DNA of 64,000 bases from Xanthomonas citri pv. mangiferaeindicae. Lineage in GTDB: Bacteria; Pseudomonadota; Gammaproteobacteria; Xanthomonadales; Xanthomonadaceae. Under the pieces are notes generated by a model, which did not search any database, was not told where the DNA came from, and saw only the letters and a list, made by a program, of their open reading frames with translations. Location: NCBI GenBank assembly GCA_002240395.1, contig CP016836.1, positions 2,457,174 through 2,521,173 on the forward strand. The letters are read 5' to 3'. The stretch's first letter is position 1; every line of letters starts with the position of its first letter. A program made the translations under genes and the position numbers. Positions 31,008-39,179 of this stretch are shown piece by piece.

Positions 31008-32993
31008 ATGAGTGTCGCCACGCTCGCCCCGTTCCTGATCGGCCTGGGCATCGTCATGGTCGTGCTGCTCGGCGCGGCCGGCCTGTTCAAGGCCTTCTAC
31101 AAGAAGGTCGACCAGGGCACCGCGCTGATCGTCAACGACATGAGCACGCAGCCCAAGGTGCGCTTCACCGGTGCGCTCATCATCCCGGTCCTCTACCGCG
31201 CCGAGCTGATGAAGATCAGCCTGATCACGCTGCAGATCGATCGCCGGGGCAAGGAGGGGCTGATCTGCCGCGACAACATGCGCGCCGACATCGCGGTGGC
31301 GTTCTACTTGCGCGTCAACGAGACCCAGGCCGACGTGCTGCGGGTGGCCAAGGCCCTGGGCGCCGATCGCGCCTCGGACAAGCATGCAGTCGACGAGCTG
31401 TTCAACGCCAAGTTCTCCGAGGCGCTCAAGACCGTCGGCAAGAAGTTCGACTTCACCGACCTGTTCGAAAAGCGCCAGGAGTTCCGCGACGAGATCATCG
31501 CCGTCATCGGCAACGACCTCAACGGCTATGTGCTCGAGGACGTGGCGATCGATTACCTCGAGCAGACGCCCAAGAGCGTGCTCGATCCGCACAACATCCT
31601 CGACGCCGAGGGCATCCGCAAGATCACGGAGCTGACCGCCTCGCAGAACGTGGTCACCAACGAGCTCGAGCAGAACGAGCGGTTGGCGATCACCAAGAAG
31701 AATGTCGAGACGCGCGAGGCGACCCTGTCGCTCGAACGTCAGCAGGCCGAGGCCGAGGCGCGCCAGCAGCGCGAGATCGAGACGATCCGCGCGCGTGAGG
31801 AAGCCGAGACCGCAAAGGTGCAGGAGGAACAGCGGCAGGTCGCCGAGAACGCCCGCATCGAAGCCCAGCAGCTGATCGACATCCGTGAGGAGAACCGCCT
31901 GCGCGAGGTCGAGGTCGCAGCGCAGAATCGCCAGCGCGCGGTCGCGATCGAAGCCGAGCGCGTCGAGCGCGCCCGCCAGCTTGAGCAGGTCACCACCGAC
32001 CGTGAAGTGCAACTGCAGGGCGTGGAGCGCGACAAGGTCGTCGAGCAGGGCCGGATGGACGTGGCCAACATTACCCGCGAACGCATCGCCATCGACAAGA
32101 CCGTGGCCCAGGAGGAGGAACGGATCAAGGAAGTGCGCGAGGTGTCGGAAGCGGACCGTCTCAAGCAAGTCACGATCCTCGACGCCGAGGCCAAGGCGCA
32201 GGAGGCGTTGGTGCGTCAGGTCAAGGAAGCCGAGGCGCGCGAGACCGCCGCCCGGCACCGTGCGGTCGAGGTCACCACGCTCGCACAGGCCGATTTCGAG
32301 GCAGCCGGCAAGCAGGCCGAAGCCAAGAAGCTGCTCGCCGAAGGCGTCCGTGCCGAGCGTGCCGCGCCGGGTCTGGCCGAGGCGCAGGTGCAAGAGGCCG
32401 GTGCGGTCGCGATCGAGAAGGTCGGCGTTGCCGAGGCGCGCGTCATCGAGGCGAAGGCGGATGCCAATCTCAAGCAGGGGACGGCGGAGGCGCGGGTGCT
32501 GGCCGAGACCTTGTCGGCGCAGGCCCAGGGCGAGTCGCAGATGGGCCGTGCGAAGGCCGAAGCGGTCGAGTCGATCGGCAGCGCAGAGGCCACCGTGGTC
32601 GAGAAGAAGCTCTCGGCCGAGGCCGAGGGGCTGACCCGCAAGTTCCAGGCGATCGATGCGCTCAGCGATACCGCACGCGGGCACGAGGAGTTCCGCATGG
32701 CGCTCGACACAGGGCTCCGGCAGGCGCTGGCGTCGATCGAGGCAGGCAAGGACATCTCGCGCGAGAATGCCGAGGTCATCGCCAGCGCATTGCGCAACGC
32801 CGACATCGATCTGGTCGGCGGTGATGGCGGCATGTTCGAGAACCTGGTCAAGGCGGTCTCGCTGGGGCGGTCGATCGAGGGCCTGGCCGGCAAGAGCCCG
32901 ATCGTGCAGGACCTGATGCAGCGCTACCTTGGCGTCGCTGCCTCCAGTGCCGACACCGAGCGCCGCGCGCTCGTCGAGGACGGCGCGGCCTGA
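31008..32993 (+). CDS. Flotillin-family SPFH/Band-7 protein (YqiK-like, 661 aa)
   Basis: N-terminal TM LAPFLIGLGIVMVVLLGAAGLF, an SPFH domain (KISLITLQIDRRGKEGLICRDNMRADIAVAFYLRV) and a long EA/EAR-rich coiled-coil 'flotillin' repeat region (QQAEAEARQQREIETIRAREEAETAKVQEEQRQ...). RBS AGGAGAAACACCCGATG. Confidence 0.85.
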   Translation: MSVATLAPFLIGLGIVMVVLLGAAGLFKAFYKKVDQGTALIVNDMSTQPKVRFTGALIIPVLYRAELMKISLITLQIDRRGKEGLICRDNMRADIAVAFYLRVNETQADVLRVAKALGADRASDKHAVDELFNAKFSEALKTVGKKFDFTDLFEKRQEFRDEIIAVIGNDLNGYVLEDVAIDYLEQTPKSVLDPHNILDAEGIRKITELTASQNVVTNELEQNERLAITKKNVETREATLSLERQQAEAEARQQREIETIRAREEAETAKVQEEQRQVAENARIEAQQLIDIREENRLREVEVAAQNRQRAVAIEAERVERARQLEQVTTDREVQLQGVERDKVVEQGRMDVANITRERIAIDKTVAQEEERIKEVREVSEADRLKQVTILDAEAKAQEALVRQVKEAEARETAARHRAVEVTTLAQADFEAAGKQAEAKKLLAEGVRAERAAPGLAEAQVQEAGAVAIEKVGVAEARVIEAKADANLKQGTAEARVLAETLSAQAQGESQMGRAKAEAVESIGSAEATVVEKKLSAEAEGLTRKFQAIDALSDTARGHEEFRMALDTGLRQALASIEAGKDISRENAEVIASALRNADIDLVGGDGGMFENLVKAVSLGRSIEGLAGKSPIVQDLMQRYLGVAASSADTERRALVEDGAA

Positions 32994-33059
32994 GGCCGCA
33001 CTCGCTCCGCAACGTCGCAGAGGCGGTCGCCGGCCGCCGGTGACGCGCCGAGATCCACC

Positions 33060-33082
33060 GGGCATGCGCACAGTGCATGCCC
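33060..33082 (+). promoter_or_regulatory. Perfect 8-bp stem hairpin/palindrome (GGGCATGC-gcacagt-GCATGCCC) in the 109-bp gap between the flotillin and giant AAA+ genes
   Basis: Seen directly in the sequence. There is no U-run, so it is not a classic terminator. It could be an mRNA processing or stability element, or a protein-binding site. Confidence 0.3.
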
Positions 33083-33105
33083 GTCACAGCGCAGGATGAG
33101 TCGTG

Positions 33106-36100
33106 ATGTCAGAACCCACGCCCGACGCCGGGCAGCAGGCGCCCACGACGGCCAGCCATGTTGACGAGGCGGTCGCCCAGGGCGGTGCTTACGAGGTGCT
33201 GCGACGGCGCCTGGCCGAGCAGGGCGCACGCCTGCGCAGCTTGGCCGAGTCGCTCAACACACGCCGCTTGCAGGAGTTTGGCGACAGCCGCATGGAGGTC
33301 GCCGGACGCTTCCGCATCCGCACCGAGAACAATTGCGTCGGTCGCGACATCGTCCAGGTGCTCGGCGACCACCTGCTGTTTGGCTACAACGTCTACATCG
33401 GCCTTCGGACCCAGACGCGCGTCGAGGATGTTTTCGCGCTCTACCGCCTGACCGAGGAGGCGGACGGCTACGACGTGGTACCGGTCGACCCCACCGGCAG
33501 CTTCCTCGGCGATGCCGGCTTCGTCCGCGACTTCGGCGAACTCTACGCCTACTACAAGCACGCCCGCTTGCTGCAGTTGATCGTGCGCGAGGGCCGGTTG
33601 CTGGCCGCGTTCCAGATCGGCGAACGCAGTACCGACGTGCGCGTGTTCCGTTGGCAGATCGCCAACTCCGGGGAGCTGCGCTACCTGGACTCGCGCGGTG
33701 AGCGCGACATCGCCCTGCCGCCGCCGTTCGACTTCGAGTGGACTCGCGCGACCCGTGAGCTGGCGGTCGATGGGCGCCACCCGCATCTCAACATCCTCGA
33801 CACGATCTTCGTGGAGACGACCGGCGGCGACCTGACCGTCAAGATCGAGAACAACACGCAGACCGGGCAGGGGATCTATGCCGAGGCGGTCGAGGACCGC
33901 ACGCAGTCGATCGACGATGCGATCTTCGACTTCGCCAAGGTCGGGTCGCTGATCCTGCTTAAGGTGCTGCCCTACCGCGAACAGGCCTGGCGCGGACTGA
34001 TCTACAACACCTTGACCGGCACGATCGTGCGCAACGACGCCATCGTCCAGGCTTGCGTGCAACTGCCCGAAGACCACGGGATCATCTTCCCGGGCGGTTA
34101 CTACCTGCAAAGCGGCGAGCACAAGGCCTTCGACGCGCAGATGGACGGTATGCAGTTCAAGCGCGCGATCCGCTCGCCCAACGGCGAGGACGTCATGTAC
34201 GTCTTCTATGATCGCGAGGCTGGGCGCTCGGCGCTGTTCGTCTACAACACGATCCAGCGCGCACTGCAGAATCCGGTGTTCGGGCACGGCTATGCGATCC
34301 TGGCCGACGGACGCATGGTGCTGTTCCATGCCGAGGGCGATGCGCCGACCCGGATCCACCCGATGCAGGTCTGGCAAACGCCGTTCACCAGCGACGAGTA
34401 CGCCGCTCGCGTGCCGACCGGCAACAATTTCATGGGGCGCATCGGCAATCCCGAACTGGTGCGCGGCATCTCCAACCTGTTCGATCTCGCGCGCGAGATC
34501 GACGGCCGTGAGGTGTCGGTCCAGCGCTACCAGCTGCTGGTGCACAACGCCCGGCGCCTGTTCGACGCCCACCACTGGCTCGAGGACGAGGCGAGCGAAG
34601 GGGCCGGGCCGCTGCTGCACGAGATCGCCGCGACCGGCGAGTCGGTGCTCGATGAGTACGAGAAAGTCGAGGGAATCCGGCAGCAGTCCGATCTCGCGAT
34701 GCGCGAGGCCGAAGCCGAGCACCGCACTTTGCTGGGCCGGCTGCAGACCGACGACTGGGATCGGATCGAGGACTTCGTCGAGGCGCTCGGTGCGATCGGG
34801 CGACTGCGCGGTCACCTGCTGACGATCCGCGACCTGCGCTACATCGACACTGCGGCCATCGACCGCATGGGCGAGGCACTGCAGGCAGCCCAGGACCGCG
34901 TGGGCGCCGCGACGGGCGTGTTCCTGGCGGGCGAGACCGCGTTGCAGCCGCTGGCCGAGCGGCTGCACGCACTCGACGGCGAGGCGCAAGCTGCCCAGAC
35001 CGCGCGGACGCTGACCGAGCGTATCGACGCGATGCAGGCGTTGGCGGGCGATCTGGACATGCTCTCGGAGCTGATGGCCACGCTGAAGGTCGAGGATGCG
35101 ACAGAGCGCACGCATGTGGTCGAGGCGATCTCTGGACTGTACGCCCGGCTCAACCAGTCGCGCGCGCGTGCCGACCAGCGACGGCGCAGCCTGGGCTCGG
35201 CCGAGGCTGTCGCCCAGTTCGGCGCCCAGTTCGCGCTGTTCGGACAGGCGATCGCCGGCGCGCTGGCGCTGGCGACCGACCCCGAGCGTGCCGACGAACA
35301 GCTGTCGCGGTTGACCGTGCAGTTGGAGGAACTGGAGAGCCAGTTCGGTGAGCACGAGCAGTTTCTGGCCGACATTCTTGCCAAGCGCGAGGAGCTGGTG
35401 GAGACGTTCGAGGCGCACCGGCAGGCGCTGCTCGACGATCGCCAGCGCAAGGCCCAGGCAGTGTTCGACGCCGCGGCGCGCATCCTCGACGGCCTGCCGC
35501 GGCGGACCGAGCGGTTCACTAGCGCCGACGAGCTGAACGCGTTCTTCGCCGGCGATGCGCTGATCCTGAAGTTGCGCGAACTCGCCGGCCGGCTGCGCGG
35601 GTACCGCGACAACGTCAAGGCCGACGATGTCGAGGCGCGCCTGAAGGGGGTGCGCGACGAGGCGGTGCGCAGCCTGCGTGATCGCAGCGACCTGTTCGAG
35701 GGCGGTGGCCAGGTGATCCGGCTCGGGCGAAGGCACCGTTTCAGCGTTAACGTCCAGCCGCTGGACCTGACCATCCTGCCGCGCGGCGACGGCCTGGCGG
35801 TGCACCTGACCGGGACTGACTTCTACGAGGCGATTCACGACGCCGAGCTCGACGCACTGCGCGACTACTGGCAGGTGACGCTGGATTCCGAATCGCCGTC
35901 GATCGCGCGCGGCGAGTATCTGGCCGGACGTGTGCTGGAGGCGGCGATCGCCGGGCGCGACGATCTGCGTCTGGAAGAAATGGTTGCGCAGGTCGGCGAC
36001 CCGGATGCGCTCGAGCGCACAGTGCGGACCTTCGCCGCGCCGCGCTACCGAGAGGGTTATGAGAAGGGGATCCACGACCACGACGCGGCGTTGATCCTGC

Positions 36101-38424
36101 GCGCGCTGTTGCCGCTCTACGCCGCCGCAGGTCCGCTGGTCCACCCGCCGGCTGCACGCGCGCTGGCGATGTTGTTCTGGGCGCACGCTGGCGACGACGG
36201 TGACGCTGCGCAGTGGCCGGCGCGTACCGCCGGCGCACTGGCGATCGAACGCTTGTTCGGCTCCATCGACGGCGTGGACGCGCTGCGCGCGGAGATCGCC
36301 GAAGCGCTGTCGGGATTCCTTGTGCGACACGCGCTGCCGATTGATCCGGCATTGGCCGTGGATGCGGCGACGTACCTGATCGACGAACTGCGCGAGGGCG
36401 ATCCGACCTTCGGCATCAGCCACTACGCCCGACGCCTGGTCGACGCCCTGCGCGAAGCACTCGATGCGGCCGACCTGGCCGCCACCTTCGACGCCTCGAT
36501 GCAGCGTCTGGTCGAGCGGCCGTCGGCGCAATGGGCGTTGGCGGCGCAGTGGCTGTACGGCCTGTGCGGCGATCCCAAGCACGCGCCGCTGGCCGGCTAC
36601 GTGCCCGAGGCGATCGTGTTGTTGCTGGCCGGCCGCACGCTGCGCCATCGGGTGCGCGAGGCTGCGCTGATCGCCGAGGTCGCGGGGTTGCTCGGCGAGC
36701 ACCCGCGGATCGAGGAGGGCCGCCTGCGGTTGGCGGTTGACGATTTCCTGTCGCGGCTGCGCGCGCACCGCGAGACCTTCGTGCCTGCGTTCCACCGCTA
36801 CCAGGCGGTGCGTCAGCGCATCGCCACGCGCGAACGCGAGGCGCTTCGGCTATCGGAGTTCAAGGCGCGGCCATTGACCTCGTTCGTGCGTAATCGGCTG
36901 ATCGACGAGGTCTATCTGCCGCTGATCGGCGACAACCTCGCCAAGCAGATGGGTACCGTCGGCGAGGACAAGCGCAGCGACCTGATGGGCCTGCTGATGA
37001 TGATCTCGCCACCCGGATACGGAAAGACCACGTTGATGGAGTACGTGGCCAGCCGGCTTGGCCTGGTCTTCATGAAGATCAACGGCCCGGCGCTCGGCCA
37101 CGAGGTGCGCTCGCTCGATCCCGACCAGGCGCCCGATGCGACCTCGCGCCAGGAGCTGCACAAGCTCAACCTGGCGCTGGAGATGGGCAGCAACACGATG
37201 CTGTACGTCGATGATATCCAGCACACCCATCCCGAGTTCCTGCAGAAGTTCATCTCGTTGTGCGACGGCACACGCCGCATCGAAGGCGTGTGGCAAGGCC
37301 GCACCAAGACCTACGACATGCGCGGGCGGAAGTTCTGTGTGGTCATGGCCGGTAACCCGTATACCGAATCGGGCGAGGTGTTCAAGATTCCGGACATGCT
37401 CGCCAACCGCGCCGACATCTACAACCTGGGCGATGTGCTCGGCGGCATGGAGGATGCGTTCAAGCTCAGCTATATCGAGAACAGCCTGACTTCCAACCCG
37501 GTGCTGGCACCGTTGGCCACGCGCGACATGCGCGATCTGTATCTGCTGGCCGACCGCGCTGCGGGCAAGGAGGTCTCCACCAACGACCTGTCGCATGCCT
37601 ACAGCGGCGCGGAGGTCAACGAGATCGTCGCCACCCTGCAGCGGCTGATGCAGGTGCGCGACGTGGTCTACCGGGTCAATCAGCAGTACATCGCCAGCGC
37701 CGCACAGGCCGACCGCTACCGCACCGAGCCGGCGTTCCGCTTGCAAGGCAGCTATCGCAATATGAACAAGCTGGCCGAGAAAATCTCGCCAGTGATGAAC
37801 ACTGCCGAGTTGCAGCAGCTCATCGCCGACCATTACCTGGGCGAGGCCCAGCTGTTGACCACCGGCGCCGAGGAGAACCTGCTGAAGCTGGCCGAGCTGC
37901 GTGGCACGATGACCGAGGCCCAGGCCGCACGCTGGGCGCAGATCAAGCGCGACTTCCTGCGCGACAAGGCGATGGGCGGCGAGGACGCCGACACCGGCGC
38001 GCGCGTGGTGGCGCAACTGGCCGACATCGCCCAGGGCCTGCAGGCGATGGGCGGCGGCGAGCCACCGCCGGCACCGCCGCAGGTGCCGTGGCAGGACATC
38101 CTGGACGCCCTGCAGCGCATCGCCGCGCGCGAGGCGGACGTACCGGCCGTGCGAAGCGAACCTATCGAGGCCGCGCCGGCCGCGATGCAGGCCACGATCG
38201 CGCCGCTGCTCGAGCGATTCGGCGAGTCGCTGGCCGGGCAGGCCGGCCTCAATGCTGCCCTCGCGCAACTGATCGAGTTGTTGCAACTGCGTGTGGCGGC
38301 GAACGACGCCGCGCCTGCGACGGCCCGGGCGCGACGCGAGCGCACGCCTGCCGAGCGCCGGCTTGACGAGGCGCTCGACCAGTTGGGGCTACTGGACGGG
38401 CGCAGGGAGACACCGCCGGAATGA
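33106..38424 (+). CDS. Giant (~1,772 aa) uncharacterised protein: beta-rich N-terminal third, long helical/coiled-coil middle, C-terminal AAA+ ATPase of the AAA_5/MoxR-dynein-like type
   Basis: Single uninterrupted ORF with host-like codon usage and an AGGA RBS 9 nt upstream. Walker A ISPPGYGKTTLMEY (~nt 37000-37040), Walker B NTMLYVDDIQH (~37200-37225), sensor-1 FCVVMAGNP, and YTESGEVFKIPDMLANRADIY, which resembles the MoxR NP..G..LP.A.LDRF region. No VWA partner is present. Confidence 0.8.
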   Translation: MSEPTPDAGQQAPTTASHVDEAVAQGGAYEVLRRRLAEQGARLRSLAESLNTRRLQEFGDSRMEVAGRFRIRTENNCVGRDIVQVLGDHLLFGYNVYIGLRTQTRVEDVFALYRLTEEADGYDVVPVDPTGSFLGDAGFVRDFGELYAYYKHARLLQLIVREGRLLAAFQIGERSTDVRVFRWQIANSGELRYLDSRGERDIALPPPFDFEWTRATRELAVDGRHPHLNILDTIFVETTGGDLTVKIENNTQTGQGIYAEAVEDRTQSIDDAIFDFAKVGSLILLKVLPYREQAWRGLIYNTLTGTIVRNDAIVQACVQLPEDHGIIFPGGYYLQSGEHKAFDAQMDGMQFKRAIRSPNGEDVMYVFYDREAGRSALFVYNTIQRALQNPVFGHGYAILADGRMVLFHAEGDAPTRIHPMQVWQTPFTSDEYAARVPTGNNFMGRIGNPELVRGISNLFDLAREIDGREVSVQRYQLLVHNARRLFDAHHWLEDEASEGAGPLLHEIAATGESVLDEYEKVEGIRQQSDLAMREAEAEHRTLLGRLQTDDWDRIEDFVEALGAIGRLRGHLLTIRDLRYIDTAAIDRMGEALQAAQDRVGAATGVFLAGETALQPLAERLHALDGEAQAAQTARTLTERIDAMQALAGDLDMLSELMATLKVEDATERTHVVEAISGLYARLNQSRARADQRRRSLGSAEAVAQFGAQFALFGQAIAGALALATDPERADEQLSRLTVQLEELESQFGEHEQFLADILAKREELVETFEAHRQALLDDRQRKAQAVFDAAARILDGLPRRTERFTSADELNAFFAGDALILKLRELAGRLRGYRDNVKADDVEARLKGVRDEAVRSLRDRSDLFEGGGQVIRLGRRHRFSVNVQPLDLTILPRGDGLAVHLTGTDFYEAIHDAELDALRDYWQVTLDSESPSIARGEYLAGRVLEAAIAGRDDLRLEEMVAQVGDPDALERTVRTFAAPRYREGYEKGIHDHDAALILRALLPLYAAAGPLVHPPAARALAMLFWAHAGDDGDAAQWPARTAGALAIERLFGSIDGVDALRAEIAEALSGFLVRHALPIDPALAVDAATYLIDELREGDPTFGISHYARRLVDALREALDAADLAATFDASMQRLVERPSAQWALAAQWLYGLCGDPKHAPLAGYVPEAIVLLLAGRTLRHRVREAALIAEVAGLLGEHPRIEEGRLRLAVDDFLSRLRAHRETFVPAFHRYQAVRQRIATREREALRLSEFKARPLTSFVRNRLIDEVYLPLIGDNLAKQMGTVGEDKRSDLMGLLMMISPPGYGKTTLMEYVASRLGLVFMKINGPALGHEVRSLDPDQAPDATSRQELHKLNLALEMGSNTMLYVDDIQHTHPEFLQKFISLCDGTRRIEGVWQGRTKTYDMRGRKFCVVMAGNPYTESGEVFKIPDMLANRADIYNLGDVLGGMEDAFKLSYIENSLTSNPVLAPLATRDMRDLYLLADRAAGKEVSTNDLSHAYSGAEVNEIVATLQRLMQVRDVVYRVNQQYIASAAQADRYRTEPAFRLQGSYRNMNKLAEKISPVMNTAELQQLIADHYLGEAQLLTTGAEENLLKLAELRGTMTEAQAARWAQIKRDFLRDKAMGGEDADTGARVVAQLADIAQGLQAMGGGEPPPAPPQVPWQDILDALQRIAAREADVPAVRSEPIEAAPAAMQATIAPLLERFGESLAGQAGLNAALAQLIELLQLRVAANDAAPATARARRERTPAERRLDEALDQLGLLDGRRETPPE

Positions 38425-39179
38425 GCCGCCAGGCGCCGCACGACGCAGCGAAGACAAACACGTCGGCGGATCGGGTCGGCGCCGCGATGGCGCACGGCGC
38501 AGGGGCACTCGACGCGCTCGATGCGATCGAGCTCGAGGCGGCGCTGGATGCCGCTGCCGCCGCCGGGCTGGTCGAACGCCTGCGCGCGGTGCACCTGGCG
38601 ATGCGCGCGGACGCACCGCGCGCCCTGCGTCGTAGTGCCGGGTTGCTCGGACGCCTGTTCGGGCGAGACGTCAAGCTGCAGGCAGAGGCCAGCGCGCTGG
38701 CCGCACGCCTGGGCGTACTGCTGCGCGATGCCGATCGCGCCGCCGACGGGCTGACCGCGCATCTCGACGGCCAGCGCGCCTGCCTCGACCGGCTCGACGC
38801 AGCGCTGGCGGCGCTGCGCGCCGCTGCTGCGGACACCGGTCCGGCGCTCGGCGCTGCAGACGATGCAGCGCGCCTGGCGCTCGACCGGCGCCGGCAGCAT
38901 CTGCGCGACGTGGAGGCGGCGCATGCGCTGAGCGCGCGCCAGCTCGCACTGCTGCACGCGCAGGGCCTGTCGCTACTGGACCGCTACCGCAACATCCGTG
39001 AGGTGCTGGTGCCGGTCTGGCGTCAGCGCGCCCTCGGGACGGGCGCCATCGACGGCGCCGCGCAAACCGAGGCGGCCGCGGCGATCGAGGCCGAGATCGC
39101 TGCCGAACTCGCCGGCATGGCCGCTACACTCGACCCACGGCCGTCCGACCGGGCCGCCGATCAGGAGACCGTCGCATGA
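38421..39179 (+). CDS. Ala/Leu/Arg-rich all-helical 252-aa protein, translationally coupled on both sides (ATGA overlaps)
   Basis: The start overlaps the giant gene's stop and the stop overlaps the TelA-like start. Composition is very high in A, L, R, D (coiled-coil-like: LDAIELEAALDAAAAAGLVERLRAVHLAMRAD...). I recognise no family; its size and position recall KlaA (KilA) upstream of KlaB/TelA in the RK2 kilA locus. Confidence 0.55.
   Translation: MSRQAPHDAAKTNTSADRVGAAMAHGAGALDALDAIELEAALDAAAAAGLVERLRAVHLAMRADAPRALRRSAGLLGRLFGRDVKLQAEASALAARLGVLLRDADRAADGLTAHLDGQRACLDRLDAALAALRAAAADTGPALGAADDAARLALDRRRQHLRDVEAAHALSARQLALLHAQGLSLLDRYRNIREVLVPVWRQRALGTGAIDGAAQTEAAAAIEAEIAAELAGMAATLDPRPSDRAADQETVA

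Noticed and set aside
33109-36795. 1,228-aa ORF on the minus strand antisense to the giant AAA+ gene
   Set aside because: A typical high-GC antisense artefact: Arg/Ala/Gly/Pro-rich low-complexity translation with no recognisable motif. The plus-strand frame carries clear Walker A/B motifs, an RBS and translational coupling to downstream genes.
36850-38286. 478-aa minus-strand ORF overlapping the AAA+ domain region
   Set aside because: Same reasoning. It is antisense to a region with conserved ATPase motifs and has no start context.
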